Part shown: positions 7,469 through 17,313 of the stretch, one piece after another
Layout: every line of letters starts with the position of its first letter
Numbering within the stretch: position 1 is the stretch's first letter
Source: a virus
Taxonomy: Duplodnaviria; Caudoviricetes
Reading direction: 5' to 3' (one strand)
DNA: 42,009 bases
Virus record (IMG/VR): IMGVR_UViG_3300025018_000047
Span: 1 to 42,009 of that record
Position numbers and translations under genes: made by a program
Notes under the pieces: generated by a model
What the model saw: the letters and a program-made list of their open reading frames with translations, nothing else
The model's database searches: none
What the model was told of the DNA's origin: nothing

Positions 7469-10400
7469 TTATTTTTGTTCATAGATAATTGGGGCTACAA
7501 TGTTATACCATTTTAATTTTTGGTTATTGTCCATTCTCTCAAATACGCGCTGCAATATGCCCTTTTGATAAGAATCTAGTCTATCGGCTGGATTAAAGTA
7601 TAGAGAGTTTTCAACATAGATTTCATTGAATTTTTCAAAGTCTCCTTTGACAAATGCACTCATCGCTTCTTCTTCTTGCAGTTTTTTCTTGTTTTCTACT
7701 TTGTTTATCTGATCGAGCATATCAAATTGCTTTACTCCTTCAATAGTATCAAATCCCATTGCATACATCAATAACTCACCATAACTTATAGGTCTTATTA
7801 GTTTTCCGTTAGCCGCTCTTAGAGGGAAGGCTTTTTCTCCGGTTGCTGGATCATATACTGGAATTCCTTCTTCATACTCTTTAACTGATGACAATAATTT
7901 CTCCCATCTCTGCTTACCCATACCTCCGGCAACACCTAAGAATAGCTTCAAACTTCTAGTAATTTCTTTATAGTTCTCGTTTAATGCTGATGTCATATTA
8001 CCAACAGCATTGGCGGCCCCTTCGGTGGCCAACATACCTAATCTCACCATAGGACTGATTGGCACTGATACTGGGCCAAGGCCAATCCATTTAGAGGCAT
8101 CTATTCCTAGCTCTTCTTCAAAAGACTTCTTAACATTAGCGCTCATTCCTAACATTCTAATTAATTTATCCCATTGCTTCCTAACGACCCAATCTCTTAA
8201 AAGAGTAGTATATCCCCAAGTAAAGAGAGTAAATTGTCCAAGTGCCTTTCCTCTTAATCCATGATGGAAGGCAGCGCCGGATCCTTTTCTATAGCCGAAC
8301 TGTAAAGCATCAATCGTTTCTTTAACAGCTAACTCTTTAGCTTGAAATACAGAATCTTTTGTCCCTTTCTTTAGTAGCTCATCTAATTTTTTTCTGACTG
8401 TCTGGCTATATCCTGAAAAATTAATTTCTTGTAAAAATCCTTCATAATCTATTTTCCCTTCTTCAAGTAATTTATAGGCATTTTCAAATCTATCCAGTGT
8501 TGCTCCCATAGTAGCCGTTCTGTTAATAAGATCCGGAAATCCCTCAGATACCATCGAAGCCTGGTTTAGTTTTTTGTAATAATCAACTGCCTTTCCAATC
8601 GGACCCTGACCTAATGTTTCGCTTACCTCTGATCCATAAATCACACCAGACTGGACATTAAACCCTCGTTTTTTAAGCTCTGCGAATCCCTTTTTATTAA
8701 CCCACTTTGCAAAGCTTCTAAAATATTCTGGGCCAAACTCTGCATAGGGCATCACAAAAGCCTGCCCAACTAAGTTTCTAACTATAGGCATGAACCTTGG
8801 TAACCCTAAAGCACCGGCATACATATTGCTTAAAGCTAAACTGAGAGTTTGTTTGCTGATATTTTTAGGGACTATGCCATTTGTTTTCTTTGATAAATTC
8901 TCGCCCCATTTATTAAAGGCTTTCTCGAGATCATCTCTCCTCCCCATAACTTCCTGCAACCAGTCGCTAGTTCTATGTTTTATATTCTCTGGAGCCGCTT
9001 CAATAACCTTTACTGCATGCTCATATGGATCTTTCATAAATCTAACTTTAGCTACAGCATTATTATAAATCTGAGCTAATACTAGAATATCATCTTCCAA
9101 AACATTTAATTGTCCGGCTCTTTCATATTGGGCAAATACAGTTAGCTCGGCTGGGATTTCCTTTTCTTTGTATAAAAGATTAATACCTCCGGCTTTTCTG
9201 ATTTGAGGTAAATAGGTGCCAACCCAACGACTATAAGTTAATCCAAGCTCTTTGTTCTTAAATGAGTCCTGAAAGTATTTGATAAACCAATCACCAATTC
9301 GTGATAACTCCATTTTTACTTGTGGGCTAAGTGCCTCATTTTGCAAGATGCTATTTTTGTTTCCTTCAACATAACTTGAAATTAACCTTCTATCTTCAAT
9401 ATGCCTGTTTCTGGTATAACCGCCTAAAACCTCATCAAATTTTTGATTCCATTCATCTCTAAAAATTCTTGATAATCTGATAGCAGTTTCAATTGGTATT
9501 CTAACCTCTGTATCGATTGGAATAATTTTCCCAGCGTTCTCTGATAATATTTCAACATTAGACATCCAGGTGCGAGATAATTGAAAGAATGAATCAAATT
9601 TACTAACATCATATGGCTCTTTGGCCAGTTCTTTGGTGGGGAATGATCTAATTATTTCTGATACTCTATATAATTCGTCTTGAGTTAAGTTATAAAGATT
9701 GTCCTTACTTGTCAGTGTCATGGCCGTTGCTTGAACAACTGCTTCACTTAATCCTAAGTCAGCAGCCAAACCTATAACTTGATTTGCCTGTTTATCAGTA
9801 ATTGGCTTATCTTCAAAACCTTTAAGAGGCTTAGACATGATTGATGGTGGTTCTTGAAATTTATCCTGCGCTATCATGTTCGGATCTTTACGCGCCATTC
9901 TATTTCTAGTGAAGGGATCCACTAATCTCTTATCTGTAGTGGAGTATTCTCCCACTTTGAAAGTTTCTGGATTATATTTAGTGACTCCCTCAGCTGATTC
10001 ATACTGCCTAATAATATTTTCAAACTCGGCCACGCCAGCTTCTCTGCTAACATCGCTACCCATAAATTCTCCTCTTCCTTGTAGTTTAGTGATGTCAGAC
10101 TTAAAGTGGTTTTCTAATTGAGCTATGTTGCTAGATAAGCCTGATCCTGGATCAAATATAACAGCTCTAACTCCTTTTCCATCTTGAACTAATGTTTGAT
10201 AATTAAGACCAAACTCATCAAGTTTAGCGCGTAAATCTGCCTTAGTAATGTTATTTATTTTAGTAATGAAAAGTGAATCAGCACCACCGGGCTCAACCAT
10301 AAATGGGATGACTGATTTTTGCTTTCCAATCTTTCCTTTAATAGCAGTAGAATATCTTAGCTCGTCATAGCTATTAACTTTATCAATGACATTGAAGACT

Positions 10401-12316
10401 GAGTTTTCTGCACCATCAGTCCACACTCCTGTAGCATCGAAGGCCTGGGATGTATGACCTAATTGTTTATCCACATCTTCTCCAATCTTTCTAAATAAAA
10501 CCTGATTGCCTGATTCAGTTCTAGCCAGGGCATCTTCGAAAGTTAGGTTTTCTTCTACATTAGGGCTATAAAATTGGAAAGCTTGAGCAGTCGAAACTCT
10601 TGAAGCAGTAGTGGCATCTAAAGATCCACGAGTTTCAATAGCTGTTAATGCTTTTTGCAATATTGATGGATCTTGGCTAGAGGTTAATCCTTCCTGGGCT
10701 TGTTTCCAAATAGTAGCTAATTCTTCTTTTGTTTTAACTGCACCTTGATTCAAAATTCTCATTTCACCCTCTGTTGGTAATTTAATAGCATCAAATCCAT
10801 TTTCTTGAGCCCAAGCACTTGCTGCCTTATACTCTTTTTCTAAATTTTGATTCATAAAATCAAGAATGCTTTTCTTACTAGATGCAGCTAATGCTCCTAT
10901 GTTGTAGTCATCTAAGCCCCTGTAGAGAGCTGATGGAAAATCAAAATAATTGGCTACTTTAGCATTGTTTGATAAAACGGCCTCGGTGAGATTACCACCT
11001 CGTTGTTTAATAAATTCATCAGCTATACTTTTACTGGTGGAAAAAGATCCTCCATCTTTAATGCTTCCTCGATAAATAGTAGTGCCTTGTGCTTGGACAA
11101 AATCATCTAAACTACTATATTTTAAGGCTTGCTGAGTGATAGCTGATTGTCCAGCGGTTTCTATTCCTCCTACAGTAGATTGTGCGCTAGAGACTGGCAA
11201 AGCTGATCCGGTGGATAGGCTTCTATTAAAAAAGTTAGGATCATATTTTATGTCCTCTGACCTTACTTTTAATAATGGACCTCCTTCTCCTGGGACAACA
11301 TTTTTTCTACCAAAAACTCTCCGGGCTGAATCTAGGCCCATATTCCATAATGATTGTCTTTGCTGCACGATGCTAAGTTCTGCCAATCCGCTGCCTTTTG
11401 GTTTTAATAGTGCAAAGGTATTATTAGCGTTTCCCTTGTATTGTGAGGCAACTGAATTGGGGATTGGAATTCTTAATATGTCCTTGCTTTCCTTAAAACT
11501 ACTAACTTGTAAAATAGATCCTTCTTTAGTGGCCACTTCTGTGGCTGTCCCTTTTAATGGAAGTGGGGACTTCCCGGTGGTAGTTTTCAGAACAACATTT
11601 CTAGGTCTAGTTAATGTTCTAAAAATATCTGTTATAGGGGCTAATGCGATGAGCGTTTCGGATGCAGTTTCTCCGGTTGCTTTAACAGCGGCGAAGAACG
11701 GATTCATACCTAAGTCTCTACCTTCATCGTATGATAGACCGGCAGTTCTAACTTCTCCCAATACTGGGAAAGTTTGCTTATCTGGATAATCCCAAATATC
11801 TGTGCCGGTTAATTTATTAAGGCCCCTCCCAGTTAAATTAAAGGCAGATGATGCAAGATAAACTGGGGCTTTAGCAATATTTTTTGGTAGAGAGGCCACA
11901 AATCTGGCGGTTCCTTTAGCTGCCCTCCAGGCTAATCTTGGTCCAGATAAAAGATCGCTTGTGACTTGTTGTGTTCTAGTCATTGCTTCATATTCCTCAT
12001 TCGATACTCCAGATAGCTGAGCATGCAAACCTCTACCAATATCTTTAATATTTTCTTTGGTATCTAATCCCCAGTTAGGTAATGATTTTCCTAAAATAAA
12101 CTCAGCGGTGACTTGAGGAATATAAGAAATAGCCGGCCGTTGAGCCTGCTTGGTATAAAATTCTGTCTCAGCCCTACCTATGGCAGACCTTAGATTTCGC
12201 GCTACTTGGTCGCTATTAATACTACCAGCGCTTGGTTGCGCCGGCTGAGGACTGATAGTTTGAACTGACTCCTTGTCATTTATTCTATTTTCGAAGTAAC
12301 TTCCTTGAATAGCCAT
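7469..12316 (-). CDS. Large internal virion/ejection protein of polyvalent type, with ART-like and SAM-lyase-like domains
   Basis: 1615 aa, mainly helical, third of three large genes; internal YRG/SFS/EGE motifs and GVWTD-ENSV-KQKSVI motifs. Confidence 0.7.
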   Translation of the reverse strand: MAIQGSYFENRINDKESVQTISPQPAQPSAGSINSDQVARNLRSAIGRAETEFYTKQAQRPAISYIPQVTAEFILGKSLPNWGLDTKENIKDIGRGLHAQLSGVSNEEYEAMTRTQQVTSDLLSGPRLAWRAAKGTARFVASLPKNIAKAPVYLASSAFNLTGRGLNKLTGTDIWDYPDKQTFPVLGEVRTAGLSYDEGRDLGMNPFFAAVKATGETASETLIALAPITDIFRTLTRPRNVVLKTTTGKSPLPLKGTATEVATKEGSILQVSSFKESKDILRIPIPNSVASQYKGNANNTFALLKPKGSGLAELSIVQQRQSLWNMGLDSARRVFGRKNVVPGEGGPLLKVRSEDIKYDPNFFNRSLSTGSALPVSSAQSTVGGIETAGQSAITQQALKYSSLDDFVQAQGTTIYRGSIKDGGSFSTSKSIADEFIKQRGGNLTEAVLSNNAKVANYFDFPSALYRGLDDYNIGALAASSKKSILDFMNQNLEKEYKAASAWAQENGFDAIKLPTEGEMRILNQGAVKTKEELATIWKQAQEGLTSSQDPSILQKALTAIETRGSLDATTASRVSTAQAFQFYSPNVEENLTFEDALARTESGNQVLFRKIGEDVDKQLGHTSQAFDATGVWTDGAENSVFNVIDKVNSYDELRYSTAIKGKIGKQKSVIPFMVEPGGADSLFITKINNITKADLRAKLDEFGLNYQTLVQDGKGVRAVIFDPGSGLSSNIAQLENHFKSDITKLQGRGEFMGSDVSREAGVAEFENIIRQYESAEGVTKYNPETFKVGEYSTTDKRLVDPFTRNRMARKDPNMIAQDKFQEPPSIMSKPLKGFEDKPITDKQANQVIGLAADLGLSEAVVQATAMTLTSKDNLYNLTQDELYRVSEIIRSFPTKELAKEPYDVSKFDSFFQLSRTWMSNVEILSENAGKIIPIDTEVRIPIETAIRLSRIFRDEWNQKFDEVLGGYTRNRHIEDRRLISSYVEGNKNSILQNEALSPQVKMELSRIGDWFIKYFQDSFKNKELGLTYSRWVGTYLPQIRKAGGINLLYKEKEIPAELTVFAQYERAGQLNVLEDDILVLAQIYNNAVAKVRFMKDPYEHAVKVIEAAPENIKHRTSDWLQEVMGRRDDLEKAFNKWGENLSKKTNGIVPKNISKQTLSLALSNMYAGALGLPRFMPIVRNLVGQAFVMPYAEFGPEYFRSFAKWVNKKGFAELKKRGFNVQSGVIYGSEVSETLGQGPIGKAVDYYKKLNQASMVSEGFPDLINRTATMGATLDRFENAYKLLEEGKIDYEGFLQEINFSGYSQTVRKKLDELLKKGTKDSVFQAKELAVKETIDALQFGYRKGSGAAFHHGLRGKALGQFTLFTWGYTTLLRDWVVRKQWDKLIRMLGMSANVKKSFEEELGIDASKWIGLGPVSVPISPMVRLGMLATEGAANAVGNMTSALNENYKEITRSLKLFLGVAGGMGKQRWEKLLSSVKEYEEGIPVYDPATGEKAFPLRAANGKLIRPISYGELLMYAMGFDTIEGVKQFDMLDQINKVENKKKLQEEEAMSAFVKGDFEKFNEIYVENSLYFNPADRLDSYQKGILQRVFERMDNNQKLKWYNIVAPIIYEQK

Positions 12317-12321
12317 ATTTA

Positions 12322-13692
12322 TTAGGCAAAATAATTCTTAACAGCATTTATTCCTGACTGAATAGTTCTTTTAGCGGTTGGGATTACTCCGGAATCTGCC
12401 TTGGCACTAGGTTGCTGTGGCGTTCTAAAAGCCTGAGATCTATCTCGAGGGGAAGCAGCCGGAGTGGGGTTAGACATCGATGATTGTGGTAGAGGTTGGG
12501 CTGGGGGATTAAATGGATTATCTAATCCGAAGTTCATCTTTACTGGAGATCCTAACTCAGTAGCCGGAGCCATGCCCATACCCTGATCAGGTTGTATTGG
12601 AGCTAAGACATCAACAGTCTCATCAGCTCTATTCATAAGAGATGCTTCAATCGGTTCTGGGAGATTAAAGATGTTATCTTCAATACCTAGATTTTCTGGG
12701 GTGGCGTTTAGATACTTAGTATATCCGCCATCTTCTCGGCGTTTATACATCGTGCCACCAACTCCTCTGGCCCAAGAATTCTTAGGTAGATAGCTCTGGA
12801 CTGGCACTTCTTCGCTAGATAAATTAACGAATGTCCCAGCTTGGCCAACAGTATGTTTAGATTTGCCTCCTTTAGTGTCTGGTGTTTGAACATCAGATTT
12901 TAATATATTTGTCTTAAATGATCCTGGGTTATCTGGGTCTGGCATTAATAAGTCGGCAGCTTGGAAAATTTTATCGCCTAATACGAAGAAATTTTTTCCA
13001 TCTCTTTTAGTATTAACTTTGCCATAAACTTGAACTCCATTGATCATGCCGTTAGTTTCAGCATAACCTGATTTCGAGCCATACCTAGCATATTCAATAT
13101 CTACTATTTCTCCATTATTATTGGTGGTGACATAAGCAGCGTAGCCTGGGAGAGGGTTACTAAAATCTTGGTTATTAGAAATGGCTTCATTCATTGATGA
13201 GTTTTCTCTATACCTAGCCATTGCCTCCATTAACTCATTTTCATATTGCGTAGTATCTTGGCCAACATCTCTGCGGCGATCAATAGTTTCTTGGAGATCC
13301 ATGATATTACTTTCATAAACATCGACCATAGTCTTGGTCCACTCAGCTGGGTTATTGCCAAAGATTAAATTATTCTGATAGGTAGTATTTTTATTGCTAT
13401 CTGCCATTCTTCCTAAATCATCAGATTTTTCAAATTGGCCAACTGATTTTAGTTTTTCGTAACTTGAAATTTTAACATCATAACCAGATCTCTGGTCAGC
13501 TGTGAGACTCCCACTCATCTGGATTTCTCTTGCCTTCTGTATCAGAATATCATAATCACCGGGTGATAAATACCCGTCTTTAGCTAAATCGTTTTCTAAT
13601 ATTTGTAATTGATCTGCTAACATTCCAACTCCAGTTCCTCCTTTTTTAGTTTGAAGCGCTGGGTTTAGAAATGATACATTAAAAATAGCCAT
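12322..13692 (-). CDS. Putative internal virion/ejection protein
   Basis: 456 aa; helical N-terminus and P/Q-rich tail; part of the large-gene trio. Confidence 0.55.
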   Translation of the reverse strand: MAIFNVSFLNPALQTKKGGTGVGMLADQLQILENDLAKDGYLSPGDYDILIQKAREIQMSGSLTADQRSGYDVKISSYEKLKSVGQFEKSDDLGRMADSNKNTTYQNNLIFGNNPAEWTKTMVDVYESNIMDLQETIDRRRDVGQDTTQYENELMEAMARYRENSSMNEAISNNQDFSNPLPGYAAYVTTNNNGEIVDIEYARYGSKSGYAETNGMINGVQVYGKVNTKRDGKNFFVLGDKIFQAADLLMPDPDNPGSFKTNILKSDVQTPDTKGGKSKHTVGQAGTFVNLSSEEVPVQSYLPKNSWARGVGGTMYKRREDGGYTKYLNATPENLGIEDNIFNLPEPIEASLMNRADETVDVLAPIQPDQGMGMAPATELGSPVKMNFGLDNPFNPPAQPLPQSSMSNPTPAASPRDRSQAFRTPQQPSAKADSGVIPTAKRTIQSGINAVKNYFA

Positions 13693-13693
13693 A

Positions 13694-15565
13694 TTATTGT
13701 AGTTTTAGGTAAATATCTTGACCGGACCTTATTACTTTACTTTCAACAACCTTAGGGTCCTTATATTGTTGCTGTAGTTTAGCCCAGGAATCTCCTGTTA
13801 ATTTTTCTCCAACAACAGACTTAACTCCAGACTTTAGAAATTTATCTGTGCCTTTGGTAATAATATCTTCTGGTCTGTAATATTTTAATAAATCTGGGCT
13901 AGCGATTCTTTCGCCAACTTGCTGGGTTGGTTGATTGCTGGCAATCTCTGAGGTATTAATTGGAGATCCTTTTGATATCTGGTTAATATTTCCGACTGTT
14001 TGAACTGCATCAAAGCCTTTGCCAGTAAATTGCTTAAAAGTATTTTCATCCCAAGCTCCAGTAAATGGTCTTAGAGCTCCACCTTCGTATTTATAAACAG
14101 TTCTATCATTGGCAGTTTTGTATAATTCTCCTTCCTTCATTTCTGGAACATTGAATTTACTAGCTAGAGTTTTATTTACCGTTAGCGGTGAGGTGTCTCC
14201 AAATTCTTGTTTTGCTGCGGTGGTAGAAAGATTAGTAACAATATCCGATGCTTTTTGGGTGGCTAGTTCTTCTGGTGTAACTGTAGCTCCGGCACCTGAT
14301 TTAATAGCCTGCTCCATAGCCATTTGGCTGCTTATTCCTGGATTGCTAGACATAATAGCTGACATAGTCCCTAAAATCTGGCTGACTTGATCTTGCTTTT
14401 CTTTAGCGGCTGAACTAACTATCTTCTGATAATTTAAGGTTTGATCTACGCCATAGGTATCTTGAATATAGGCTAATTCTTTAAGCGCTTTATTGGCATC
14501 TAGTTTAGTGGCAAATTCATTAAGAATCTTAGAACCTCTCAATTCGGCCGTGGCTGTAAGAGCTTTCTGTTTGTCTTGATCAACGCGCTCCATGTAAGGG
14601 GCTACTTCTGGCCTATCTTTTAGAGTCTCATACCAATTAGCAACATCCTTGAAGGTGTCGTTATTCAAAATTCCCCTAGTATCTTTGTAGGTTAGTTTAT
14701 CATTTAGCTCTTCTTGGTATCTGGTAAAGAATCCATTAGCTGATCTATCGTTTAGATACTCCCCACGCTTGAGGTCCCAAAATTGTCTAGCTGATTCATA
14801 CCTGGTGCCCCCAATAGTGATTGGAGTGTTGGCATCAGCTTGCTCTAATTGATTATTGAATTCGTTAAGTAAAGCGGTAGCTGAGTTACCGGTCATAGTG
14901 GCCACTGAGAAATTCATCAAAGTATTACTAATACTAGCCTCAGTTTTAGCCTTGGTTAAAGTTTGCATTTGTAAATCAAGCAAGGCAACATAGTCATCAT
15001 TGCCGGCTTTTAAGGCTTCGACTCTAGTAGAATTAACATCATTTATTTGTTTATCAATAATATCTAAGTCTTTATTTTCGGCAGCATACTGAGTGTTATA
15101 TTGGAGAGCATTTTTTCTCTGCTCGTAAAGTTTGCCTTTTAATTGGCTAATATTTTCTCTAATATTACTTTGAATATTTATATCAGTGGTCCTAGAAAGA
15201 GTAGTATTTAACCAGTTAATAGTTGTTTCAATCGATTGCACGCCAGCATTAAGATCACTTAATTGTTCGAGATATTTATTAGTAAAGTCTTGCTGTTCGA
15301 TGCGATCTTTCAAAGTTGAAATAGCATTTTTTATTCTTATCCTTTCATCCTTATCACCGGTCTCGACTCTTTTCATTTGATCCTTTCGATATTCTAATTG
15401 CTGTTCTAAAGTGAGGTTATCTTCTAGAACCGCTTTATTAAATCTCTGCTCGTCTTCTAAGTTTTTTCTAACCCTATTTTGGGTAATTAGAAGTATCTGG
15501 GACTGAATAAATTGTCCTAGGTTTGTAGCAATTTGTTTTTTCTCACTGAGCTTTTCGTAGGCCAT
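13694..15565 (-). CDS. Putative internal virion/ejection protein (coiled-coil)
   Basis: 623 aa, Q/E/K/N-rich and helical; follows the portal gene. Confidence 0.55.
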   Translation of the reverse strand: MAYEKLSEKKQIATNLGQFIQSQILLITQNRVRKNLEDEQRFNKAVLEDNLTLEQQLEYRKDQMKRVETGDKDERIRIKNAISTLKDRIEQQDFTNKYLEQLSDLNAGVQSIETTINWLNTTLSRTTDINIQSNIRENISQLKGKLYEQRKNALQYNTQYAAENKDLDIIDKQINDVNSTRVEALKAGNDDYVALLDLQMQTLTKAKTEASISNTLMNFSVATMTGNSATALLNEFNNQLEQADANTPITIGGTRYESARQFWDLKRGEYLNDRSANGFFTRYQEELNDKLTYKDTRGILNNDTFKDVANWYETLKDRPEVAPYMERVDQDKQKALTATAELRGSKILNEFATKLDANKALKELAYIQDTYGVDQTLNYQKIVSSAAKEKQDQVSQILGTMSAIMSSNPGISSQMAMEQAIKSGAGATVTPEELATQKASDIVTNLSTTAAKQEFGDTSPLTVNKTLASKFNVPEMKEGELYKTANDRTVYKYEGGALRPFTGAWDENTFKQFTGKGFDAVQTVGNINQISKGSPINTSEIASNQPTQQVGERIASPDLLKYYRPEDIITKGTDKFLKSGVKSVVGEKLTGDSWAKLQQQYKDPKVVESKVIRSGQDIYLKLQ

Positions 15566-15569
15566 ATGT

Positions 15570-17309
15570 TTATGGAGTTATTGCCGGTGCGGGCATAGCA
15601 CCTGCCGCGGCTCTTTGGTTAGCTCCGGCGATTGCCCCTTCAGGGCTAGCACTAGCGCCGGCTTGATTAGGTGAAGCTGGTAATCCAGCTCCTCCCTCTC
15701 CTTCAGTTGGCGGCATAGATGCCTCCGGATTATTCATTTGCAAAAGTCCAGGCTGTCTGGCAGTCTGTGGTCCAAGAATAGGATCTGATAAGTCTCTCTT
15801 CATGCGCTTCTGTTCGATCTTAGGTTGAGGAATACCAAGGTTCTTCTGAGTAGTGGTAAGAGATTGAACGCCAGATTGTAATTTATTAAGTTCATCAATG
15901 ATATTTCTAAGCAGAGTGGAGATGATATTTACTTCATTGTTATAATCTCCCATGATAATTTCTTTCGTTTCTGGGTAGTATATTTCAAATAGTTTGAAAA
16001 TGTTTCTGTTTAAGCTGCGCAATGCTCTTTGGTATCGTTTGATTTTTGGAGAAATCTTCCTGATAACTGATTGCAGAGCCATCGCCATAGACCTCCCAGA
16101 GACTTGTCCTGACTGAATAGATGACATTAGCGACTCAGAAGTCCCAGTGACATCTAAAATTGCTTGACGGCGGCCTGAGACGAAATTAGAGGATGCGTAT
16201 GGATCTCCAGCGCGCTGAATTGGATCTAATTCTCCATCATCTGGCATATTAAAAATCTTAGACAAGCCATGGACCAATACTTCCATGCCGTCTAAGTTCT
16301 TGCCTTTCAAATTGATAGTGGAGAGGAATTTCAAAGCGTTAGCTAAATCGTTATTAACTCTAGTGTAAAATAATTGGGGATCAATAGCATCTTCAATATC
16401 AGACTTACCATAAGGGTGATTAGGGACATAGATATTTTTGATATATTCAAGCGGAACAAATTTCCAATTATGCCAGTAGTAATCTACTAACTCATCTTCA
16501 ATAAAAATAGCCATTATTTGATCAGTCCAGTATTCGTTGCGAGCAAGCATTGGCTGATAGGTTTGCTGGGAAGTGATATTTGGTTGGGAGCGGAAATTAA
16601 TTCTAGAGGCAGTTTTATATTTTTTTAATAAATCAGCTACTGGCTTACCTCTCTCTGCTAACTTCTTTCCATATAATCTCTCACACTTCATTGGCGAAAT
16701 AGCAGTGGTATCAATATAGCCATATAGCTCTTTGTAGTTTTCATCAAGGAAAATAGGCCTGATATTAGCAGGATTTTCTACATTGTAAAATTTAATTTTC
16801 CAATCTGCTTTTTTCTCGCTACCACCTTTGTCTAAAAACGGACCTTTAATAAAGGTGTCACCATAGGTGGAGCCAGTCTTTGATAATTCAGGGAAGATGA
16901 TTTCATCAGCATCATTATCATCATAGACTTTTTTCAAAAGTTTCTCTTTGAATTCTGCCTTCATTTCAAGTAAGTCATCAGACTCATCTTGGGAGGGGCA
17001 GTTAATTTCTACTGGGGCATCAAAGAGCAAAGATGAAAATGTATCAACCACTGTGGCACAATAGTTGTCAGTGCGCTGTGAAGCTCCAGGTGGTTCATCG
17101 TGATCCCATTGATCGCCGCGATAGAACTGTCCGAGTGTTTCATAGCCAACGAACTGCTTACCAGAAGATCCGCGCGTAGCACTTACACCATGGAGGCGGA
17201 AGTTAAGATCCTTCTCGGTTTCGCCTTTATGCTCGATGTATTGATTTTTTAATTCCTCCTCAAATCTTTTTTTATCTTGAGGGGACATGTCTTTTTTGTA
17301 TTCTAGCAT
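15570..17309 (-). CDS. Portal protein
   Basis: 579 aa after terL; FY.G.QW, YGD.F.K, W.FVP....N......PYG.SDIED motifs. Confidence 0.85.
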   Translation of the reverse strand: MLEYKKDMSPQDKKRFEEELKNQYIEHKGETEKDLNFRLHGVSATRGSSGKQFVGYETLGQFYRGDQWDHDEPPGASQRTDNYCATVVDTFSSLLFDAPVEINCPSQDESDDLLEMKAEFKEKLLKKVYDDNDADEIIFPELSKTGSTYGDTFIKGPFLDKGGSEKKADWKIKFYNVENPANIRPIFLDENYKELYGYIDTTAISPMKCERLYGKKLAERGKPVADLLKKYKTASRINFRSQPNITSQQTYQPMLARNEYWTDQIMAIFIEDELVDYYWHNWKFVPLEYIKNIYVPNHPYGKSDIEDAIDPQLFYTRVNNDLANALKFLSTINLKGKNLDGMEVLVHGLSKIFNMPDDGELDPIQRAGDPYASSNFVSGRRQAILDVTGTSESLMSSIQSGQVSGRSMAMALQSVIRKISPKIKRYQRALRSLNRNIFKLFEIYYPETKEIIMGDYNNEVNIISTLLRNIIDELNKLQSGVQSLTTTQKNLGIPQPKIEQKRMKRDLSDPILGPQTARQPGLLQMNNPEASMPPTEGEGGAGLPASPNQAGASASPEGAIAGANQRAAAGAMPAPAITP

Positions 17310-17313
17310 ATTT

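Noticed and set aside
10467-10475. Perfect DnaA box inside the 1615 aa gene
   Set aside because: Isolated, coding and without an adjacent AT-rich tract; plausible by chance
11136-11789. 217 aa antisense ORF and other opposite-strand ORFs within long genes
   Set aside because: Shadow frames of well-supported genes, without start context or motifs
7469-12316. Virion RNA polymerase or tape measure protein
   Set aside because: No DxDGD or T7-type polymerase motifs seen, and there are no tail tube genes to pair with a tape measure
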